DNA from: a virus
Taxonomy: Duplodnaviria > Heunggongvirae > Uroviricota > Caudoviricetes
Virus record (IMG/VR): IMGVR_UViG_3300028653_000011
Direction: 5' to 3' (one strand)
Length of the DNA: 64,000 bases
The notes under the pieces were generated by a model. The model was not told the origin of the DNA, made no database searches, and was given only the letters and a program-made list of their open reading frames with translations. A program made the position numbers and the translations under genes. Of the stretch, positions 57,414 to 64,000 are shown one piece after another (positions within the stretch are counted from its first letter, which is position 1; every line of letters begins with the position of its first letter).

Positions 57414-60400
57414 GTGCCGTCTAACGAAGATCTGTCTGACCAGCTCAGCCTGACGACAAAGCTCGCCTCAATGCTGGAGCGGATGGCCGCGGCGTCGGGT
57501 AAGATCGAGCAGTCGTACGCGTCACAGATCGACTCCGTCACGAAGTTGGCGGCCGCGATGGGCCAGATCAACACGCAGGGGGCCGTCGCCGGCATTGAAG
57601 TCCTCAACAAGTCCGTCAAGGACATGCAGGACAAGATGAAGCAGGCCGGCGGGGCCTCGGAGAGTGCCTTTCAAAAGCTGGGCAAGAAGGTCGAAGACAC
57701 GGGCAAGACCTTCAAGGACAAGTTTCCCAAGTCGGTCGTCATTGCGACGGCGGCACTGTCGGGCTTTGCCCAGGGCGTTCGCAACATCATCGCCTTGGGT
57801 AAGGGCCTGACGGGTTTCGTCACGGGCTTTGTCGACGGCATCTTCAGCCTCGGCGCCGCCATCATTGCCATCCCATTCAAGATCTTCGAGGGCCTCGTCG
57901 ACATGGCGGCCAAGTCGGCAGGTGGCAGCAACGAGCTGATGCAGGCGATCGAGGGGCTCCGCAAGGAATTTGGCTTCCTGTACGGCACCACCAACAAGAC
58001 AATCATAGACATGACCAAGTCGTTGCAGGGTTTCAGCGACACCGGGCTGTCGGCATGGCGCATCTTCGGCAACATGGCACAGCGCCTCGAGGCCTTTCAA
58101 AAGTTGGCGACGGAGATGGGAGCGACCTTCACCTCGCTGCGCAAGGAGTTTGAGGCCAATGGCGGCGCACTGCTAGCCTACCAGAAGGGCCTGGGCATCA
58201 GCGATGAGCTGATGAAGGGCGTCGCTTCCCGGGCCATCGCGATGGGCGATTCATTGGGTGACACCCTGAAGAGCGCGACCAAGTACTCGCTGGAGTTGGC
58301 CAAGGCCTTCGGCCTCGATGCCAAGGTACTGAGCCGCGACATGGCCAAGGCACTGACTGACGTCAAGCACTTTGCAGGGGCGACGATCAAGGAGATCGGC
58401 GAGGCGGCGACCTATGCCCGCAAGTTGGGCCTGGAGCTTGACAAGATCACGGGTACCCTCGACGCCTTTGAGACCTTCGACTCCGCCGCCGAGAACGTCG
58501 CCAAGCTGTCACAGGCCTTCGGGGTGCAGGCCGACGCCTTCGAGCTGATGTCAGCACAGAATCCTGCGGAACAGATCGACATTCTACGTAAGTCGTTCTC
58601 AAAGGCGGGCGTCGATGCCTCGACCTTCAACCGCCAGCAACTCAAGTTGTTGGCATCGACGACGGGCCTCGACGAGGCGACGGCGAAACAGGCCTTCTCG
58701 TTGAAGAACCAGGGCATTGGCCTCGATCAAGTCAAGAAGAAGGGTGGCGAGGCCGAGAAGAAGACGCTGACACAGGCTGAGGCAATGGGCAAATTGGCCG
58801 ACGCCATCGAGCGTATGGTGCAGTCGGGTGGCGGCATGGAGGGTGGCTTCTGGGACCAGTTCGTCAAGGGCATCAAGAACGGCATCATGTCGTCGAAGGA
58901 GTTCTTTGGCCTGATGCGCAACATTCAGATCGCTCTGCGTGACGTCTACATGATTGGCGTCCAGTTGGGTCGCGTCCTGGTCAAGATCGTGCCGGGTTTC
59001 AAGGACATCTTGGGAGGCCTAAGTGACTTCTTCCAGCCCAAGTACTTCGACAAGCTGTTCAGGGGCATCAGCGACTCTGTCAAGCGTTTCTTCAGTCCTG
59101 ACAGTCCTGACAAGAACTCGATTCCTAAACTGATCGAGGGCCTGCAGAAGTCCTTCACCGACATGTTCACCGCCGAAGGCCCACACGGCAAGCGAATCCT
59201 CGAGGGCTTCAAGACCTTCTTCAAGGCGTTCTCCGGCATCGCGGCGTCGGCCATCACTTGGTTGGCAGATCAGATCCGCGATGGCATCAAGGTCGTCATT
59301 GACCTACTGACAGGTCGCACGAAGTTGGGTACTGCGGGAGCCAAGGGCGCCGCCGCTGGTGGATTGGGCTTCTTGGCCGATGTGTTGGGCCCTGTCGTCG
59401 AGTCGTTGAAGGGCGCGTGGCAAAAGCTGAAGGATCCCCTCCACGACCTGGTGATGCAGCTGGGCAAGATGTTGAAGACGTTCCTGACATCTGACGAGTT
59501 CATCGGCTTCATCAAGCCTGCGCTGCCCTACCTCGCCACAGCGTTGTTCGGGCCCGTCTTCACTCGTGCCATCCTCGGCGCAGTGACTGCTAGCCTGGCC
59601 AAGGGTGCCATCGGCATGCTGACCGGGGGCGGAGGACAGGCCGTCATCAAGCAAGTGGCCGCGAAGGCTGCGGCGAGCCTATCGGGTAAAGTGGAGGGCG
59701 GTCTATTGGGCAAAGCGGGCGGTCTGGCAGGTCGCGTCGCTGGGCCTGCTGCGCTGGTGGTGGCAGCGCTGGCCATTGGCAAGGGCGTCGATGAGTACAC
59801 TGACCAAATCACCAGCACCCTCGATCGGTCGTCGAAAGTCATCGGTGCGGGTGCCACAGGCGTCGTCGACGCCCTGACGTTGGGCCTATTGCCCGATGAC
59901 CTGAAGTTGAAGCTGGCCAACACCATGGCGTCGGTGACCGACTCGGTCTTTGGTGCCATCAAGTCGGCCTTCGGCGAGGGCTTTGGTAACAGCCTCAAGC
60001 AGACGCTGGCGTCGGCCTTCGAGGTCTTCGGCAACATCTGGTCGGTGTTGAGCAACCTATTCACCGGCGACCAAGCGTCGTTCAACCAGTCGGTCCTCGA
60101 GTTGGGAGCGTCACTGCTGCGGTTCGTCATCAATGCCGTTGAGTACACCCTCAACCAAGCACCATTGTTGCTGGTGAAACTGGGGACGAAGGTGATTGAC
60201 GGCCTGGGCGGCATCATCATCAAGATGGTGACGGGCTTTGGCTCCCTGTTGGCATCGGGTGTCGATGAGGTCTTTGGCACCCACTTGGCCGACAAGATGA
60301 AGCAATGGGGTGAGACCGTCAACAAGGGAATGGATGCTGCTGCCGCGGCCATCGTCAAGACGACTGATCAGAACTCCAAGCAGATCGCTGACGCCACGCA

Positions 60401-61295
60401 GAACTTCAATGACACCTATCTCCGGACGTCGGCCGATAAGGCTAAGATTGCCGCATCGGCTGCACTGTCGGCGACACAGGCCACCAATGATGCTGTCAAG
60501 CAAGCCGCTGATGCGGCGGGTGGCGGCTTGTCAAAGGTAGCTGAGAACCTGCAGGCCGTCAAGGACGCCAAGAAGCAGCTCGATGACAAGGACTTTGATG
60601 TCGCTGGGGCGCTCAAGTCGATCGGCGACAAGCTCCGAGGTGTGTCGTTCAACCTCATCAGCGACGATCAATTGGCTGACATCGACAAGTCGAACACCGG
60701 ACTTCAGTCACTGCACGACCTCGTCGGTACCATTCCCACCACGTTGGGCGACATCTCGAGCGGGTTGAAGGCCACGTCGTTCAACTTCATCAGTGATGAT
60801 CAGTTGACGGACATGAGCAAGTCGTTGAAGGGCTTCAAGGCGCTCGACAAGTTCTCGACCGACGTTGCGGGTTCGTTCTCCAACTTTACCGATCTATCGA
60901 AGGCCGCGGCGACGATCAAGAAGGGTGCCATCGCCGAGGCTGCCATGGCAATCTCTGACATGGTCGCCGCCGCCAATGAGCTCGATTCTGCGTTGGCCGA
61001 CGGCAACATCAATAAGATTGACGTCAAGGCCAAGCTCGATCGAGTCGCCAAGGCGGTGGGTCTAGGAGGCAAGGCCACGTACACTGTCAATCCAAGCAAG
61101 CAGGTGCAGATCGTCGTCAATCTCGAGGTGACAATGGACGTCGACAAGGTCGAAAAGGTGATGATCATGCGCCAGCAATCGATCATCCGCGACCGCCTCA
61201 ATTTTGCGACTGACAATCCGGCCGCCAAGGGCGTCACGACAGTGCCCTCGACGTACCAAGCAACGCTGCCCAACGTGCAAGGCGGGTCACAGTGA
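57414..61295 (+). CDS. tape measure protein
   Basis: 1293 aa, Ala/Gly/Leu/Lys-rich helical protein with hydrophobic stretches, downstream of tube and chaperone genes. Confidence 0.85.
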   Translation: MPSNEDLSDQLSLTTKLASMLERMAAASGKIEQSYASQIDSVTKLAAAMGQINTQGAVAGIEVLNKSVKDMQDKMKQAGGASESAFQKLGKKVEDTGKTFKDKFPKSVVIATAALSGFAQGVRNIIALGKGLTGFVTGFVDGIFSLGAAIIAIPFKIFEGLVDMAAKSAGGSNELMQAIEGLRKEFGFLYGTTNKTIIDMTKSLQGFSDTGLSAWRIFGNMAQRLEAFQKLATEMGATFTSLRKEFEANGGALLAYQKGLGISDELMKGVASRAIAMGDSLGDTLKSATKYSLELAKAFGLDAKVLSRDMAKALTDVKHFAGATIKEIGEAATYARKLGLELDKITGTLDAFETFDSAAENVAKLSQAFGVQADAFELMSAQNPAEQIDILRKSFSKAGVDASTFNRQQLKLLASTTGLDEATAKQAFSLKNQGIGLDQVKKKGGEAEKKTLTQAEAMGKLADAIERMVQSGGGMEGGFWDQFVKGIKNGIMSSKEFFGLMRNIQIALRDVYMIGVQLGRVLVKIVPGFKDILGGLSDFFQPKYFDKLFRGISDSVKRFFSPDSPDKNSIPKLIEGLQKSFTDMFTAEGPHGKRILEGFKTFFKAFSGIAASAITWLADQIRDGIKVVIDLLTGRTKLGTAGAKGAAAGGLGFLADVLGPVVESLKGAWQKLKDPLHDLVMQLGKMLKTFLTSDEFIGFIKPALPYLATALFGPVFTRAILGAVTASLAKGAIGMLTGGGGQAVIKQVAAKAAASLSGKVEGGLLGKAGGLAGRVAGPAALVVAALAIGKGVDEYTDQITSTLDRSSKVIGAGATGVVDALTLGLLPDDLKLKLANTMASVTDSVFGAIKSAFGEGFGNSLKQTLASAFEVFGNIWSVLSNLFTGDQASFNQSVLELGASLLRFVINAVEYTLNQAPLLLVKLGTKVIDGLGGIIIKMVTGFGSLLASGVDEVFGTHLADKMKQWGETVNKGMDAAAAAIVKTTDQNSKQIADATQNFNDTYLRTSADKAKIAASAALSATQATNDAVKQAADAAGGGLSKVAENLQAVKDAKKQLDDKDFDVAGALKSIGDKLRGVSFNLISDDQLADIDKSNTGLQSLHDLVGTIPTTLGDISSGLKATSFNFISDDQLTDMSKSLKGFKALDKFSTDVAGSFSNFTDLSKAAATIKKGAIAEAAMAISDMVAAANELDSALADGNINKIDVKAKLDRVAKAVGLGGKATYTVNPSKQVQIVVNLEVTMDVDKVEKVMIMRQQSIIRDRLNFATDNPAAKGVTTVPSTYQATLPNVQGGSQ

Positions 61296-61310
61296 GTATA
61301 GGATCTGCAC

Positions 61311-61577
61311 ATGGCTGACAATAATGACTTCATCGACCGCCTGCGCGAAGATCCGATGTATCAGGCCGCGCTGGCCAAGGCGCGGACGCCCGCGGAACGC
61401 CAATTGATCACCACGTTGGTCGAGAACCTGGTCGGTGGCATCGGCGGAGTGCTGGGCCCGGTCATCGAACGCGCCAAACGTGACCCCGAGTTTGCGCGAC
61501 AATTGAACAAGGCAATCAGTGAAGACAAGGACGTACTTACCGCTAGCACCGCCGCGTTGTCGGGCTCGACTTCCTGA
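61311..61577 (+). CDS. hypothetical protein
   Basis: Fills the gap after the tape measure; TAGGAT lies 6 nt before the ATG. Confidence 0.65.
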   Translation: MADNNDFIDRLREDPMYQAALAKARTPAERQLITTLVENLVGGIGGVLGPVIERAKRDPEFARQLNKAISEDKDVLTASTAALSGSTS

Positions 61578-61582
61578 ACTGC

Positions 61583-64000
61583 ATGCCTACCTCTGGAGAT
61601 AACCTCAACACCGGGCCCGGTGGCTTTCCCATCGATGGCCAGACGTACACCTATGACGTCGGCGTCCCCGATGCACAGGGAGGCAGCCAAGGGCCCCACA
61701 AGGCCACCATCGACGTCAGTGCCGGTTTCATCGATGCCGACGGCAAGCCCAAGGACTTGTCGGCGCCGACGAAGGCCACGTTGGGCCAGTACTTGAGCAA
61801 GGCGACGCAAGGCAAAGAGGGATCGTCAACCGTCACTAACAAGTACCCCGTCGACGCGGTCATCAGGACGCTGACGTTGAGCGACGGCAAGGGCTTTCCG
61901 GTGCAGCTCGAAAATCCTGTCAACAACGCGAATTCTTTCACAGGCGGCGACACTACGGCGATCGCGGCGACCACGACGTCATATCCATCGATCTCATCGT
62001 TGATCAAGAAGGGCAAGTCGTCGACGCCGGGCATTGACGGCAATGATCTGTTATCAGGGGTACCCGGCACTGTCAACTACACTTCGCAACCCGGCAAATT
62101 GAGCGGCAACGGCAGCGCTAACCCGCAACCCATCGTCGGTCACAAGAAGACAGACCAGGTCGTCAATTCCTATGTGTCGACGGTGTTATCGACCAATCGT
62201 TTTGCGTCGGCGGGCACCAATAACCAAGCGCCCTACACGACGACGGACGTCAACACCCCCGATCCTGCATATCAACCGGCGTTGACACGACAGCACAAAC
62301 TGGGTGCCTATGATCCGCTCGCACCGACAGTCACGACTGGGAGGCTGGCATCGATTGGGCCATTGCTGACGATGCGCGCGGGTCTTGAATTGAACTCGAC
62401 GGCGCCCGGCGCAGATCCCAACTCCGACAGCCTACAGGCCGGAGCACTACTACCAGGCCTTGCACAGTTGGGGGCCACGCGCGTCGATCAGCGCTTGTTG
62501 TTGGCCAGCGACATTCTAGCGACGTTGACGGACAATGAAGTACCCAATTCCGACGTCCTCAGCATCGGCGCGCAATCATGGGGCCAGCTCAATAACGTTG
62601 ATGATCCATTCTCGGGCACTGACGCCCTGGGCATGACGGCGCTGTCAACGGCTCTCGTCGCGGGGCTCGTCCTGATCATTGACGGTCTATCGCTGTTGAT
62701 CGGTGCGATTACACCTGGCACCCGTGCTCCGACACGAGACAATCGGGGTCGCTATGCCGTCGGTGAGTACTTTGCCGGCACTAAGGCCGGGAACAAGGCG
62801 GCGGGAGGCAGTCTATTGGGAGCTATCAGCGCGGTGAGCTCGCTCAATTTGGGTGCACTAGTGGGCATTCAACCCACCAATTTTCCATTGAACCTAGCAC
62901 TGCAGACGGGCACCAATGCGTTCTTCGGCCTGCCACAAGGCGGCAATGTCGCCACACAGTTGCTCGGGACGATCAAGTCATCTGCCGATAGTCCGGGTTT
63001 CAACGTTGTCATTGCGCGGGCCATCATTCGTGGTAGCGTCACCATCGCCGATGCACTGGGTAGGATTGGGGGCAACGTGATGAATGACATCACTGCCATC
63101 CTATCGTTGATCGACAGCATCAGGTCGTCGAAGGTCATTGCTGCCATCAATGTCTTCTCGATCCTCGGCGACGCCATCCTGTCGCAACCCGCTGACTTTG
63201 TCGACGGTTCTTCGGCGGGCGGCAACAAGACGTCGGAGATGGACAGTTACGACAACACGCTGACGAACGCTGCCAGCAAGAGTCGCCTGAAGGGTAGCTT
63301 GAAACTGGCGTGGGCGTCTAACACGGCGCCTGCCAACGTGCTGTTGCCCGCATCGATCCTGGGTGCCAGTGCCGCCGTCAAGGGCTTAGGTCAATTCAGT
63401 CCCTACCTCGGCGTGCAAGTTGATTCTTATTCACGCGTGCAAGCCACCGTCGTCACCAAGGACAATGGCGGTCGCATCGATCCTGCAACGGCGGCGGCAT
63501 TCGAGACGGAACTCGATGCCGAGTACGTGCCCTTCTACTTTCACGACGTGCGAACGAACGAGATGGTCAGCTTCCACGCCTTTTTGGCATCGCTGACCGA
63601 TGACTTTGCGGCCGGTTTCGAAAAGTCGGAGGGTTTCGGTCGCGTTGAGCCCGTCAGGATCTACAAGTCGACTGAACGTAGGATCGGCATGTCGTTCTAC
63701 ATTGCGGCGACGTCGCTCAACGACTTTGATGAGATGTGGGTGAAGATCAATAAGCTCGTCACCCTTGTCTATCCACAGTACACACAAGGCCTGACAATGA
63801 TGAGTGCCGATCAATCGTACTCCGTCACCCAACCCTTCAGTCAATTGGTCGGTGCCAGCCCATTGATCAGGATCAGGTTGGGCGACCTGTTGCGCAGCAA
63901 CTACTCGCAGTTTGCGCTCGCCCGCCTCTTCGGCCTAGGCAACCAGGACTTCAAGGTCAATGGTTCGTCGTTCGTGGGAGATTCACTGTTCGATCAGAGC
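61583..64000 (+). CDS. large baseplate / tube-initiator-like protein, 3' truncated and absent from the ORF track
   Basis: ATG 61583 is in the same frame as YVPFYFHDVRTNEMVSFHAFL..LTD.F...GRVEPVRIYKSTER.I..SF...KINKL..LVYPQY...PLIRIRLGDL (tube-fold baseplate pattern). TACTTA at 61534. Confidence 0.75.
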   Translation, partial: MPTSGDNLNTGPGGFPIDGQTYTYDVGVPDAQGGSQGPHKATIDVSAGFIDADGKPKDLSAPTKATLGQYLSKATQGKEGSSTVTNKYPVDAVIRTLTLSDGKGFPVQLENPVNNANSFTGGDTTAIAATTTSYPSISSLIKKGKSSTPGIDGNDLLSGVPGTVNYTSQPGKLSGNGSANPQPIVGHKKTDQVVNSYVSTVLSTNRFASAGTNNQAPYTTTDVNTPDPAYQPALTRQHKLGAYDPLAPTVTTGRLASIGPLLTMRAGLELNSTAPGADPNSDSLQAGALLPGLAQLGATRVDQRLLLASDILATLTDNEVPNSDVLSIGAQSWGQLNNVDDPFSGTDALGMTALSTALVAGLVLIIDGLSLLIGAITPGTRAPTRDNRGRYAVGEYFAGTKAGNKAAGGSLLGAISAVSSLNLGALVGIQPTNFPLNLALQTGTNAFFGLPQGGNVATQLLGTIKSSADSPGFNVVIARAIIRGSVTIADALGRIGGNVMNDITAILSLIDSIRSSKVIAAINVFSILGDAILSQPADFVDGSSAGGNKTSEMDSYDNTLTNAASKSRLKGSLKLAWASNTAPANVLLPASILGASAAVKGLGQFSPYLGVQVDSYSRVQATVVTKDNGGRIDPATAAAFETELDAEYVPFYFHDVRTNEMVSFHAFLASLTDDFAAGFEKSEGFGRVEPVRIYKSTERRIGMSFYIAATSLNDFDEMWVKINKLVTLVYPQYTQGLTMMSADQSYSVTQPFSQLVGASPLIRIRLGDLLRSNYSQFALARLFGLGNQDFKVNGSSFVGDSLFDQS

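Noticed and set aside
1-64000. Alternative genetic code (stop-codon reassignment) as seen in some jumbo phages; tRNA genes
   Set aside because: The standard code yields intact genes, and TAA, TAG and TGA all end genes at sensible junctions. No tRNA cloverleaf was recognised apart from the tmRNA tRNA-like domain; a tRNAscan-SE run would be needed to exclude one.

Overview
This is the virion-morphogenesis region of a large, GC-rich T4-like (myovirus, probably jumbo) phage; no bacterial chromosomal context is visible. Gene order: 3' end of a gp46/SbcC ATPase, terminase (LAGLIDADG intein), portal (Ser-start HNH intein), gp21-like prohead protease, peptide deformylase, scaffold and gp23-like capsid. 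Next come an island of small non-structural genes with a tmRNA, a 2512-aa modular repeat fibre, three LamG-like paralogs, five Gly-rich paralogs (including an exact 1624-bp tandem duplication that creates a chimeric gene) and a patatin. The tail half has neck genes, two full-length sheath paralogs each followed by a GIY-YIG endonuclease, a tube gene flanked by two nuclease/Mom-like fusions, a tail chaperone with a probable +1 frameshift, a tape measure, and a baseplate gene running off the end. Patterns not captured by gene calls: (1) a TA[CGT]TTA motif in front of more than 20 late genes; (2) a second, T4-early-like promoter class often positioned to give leaderless mRNAs; (3) a shared N-terminal 'L[RK]x[LIV][IV]xE' helix plus hydrophobic-x-E sites on many unrelated small proteins, including a GNAT enzyme, which may be a capsid-targeting/cargo system; (4) locally recoded codon patches in structural genes next to mobile endonucleases. 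All family calls come from motifs and synteny read by eye; no database searches were run.
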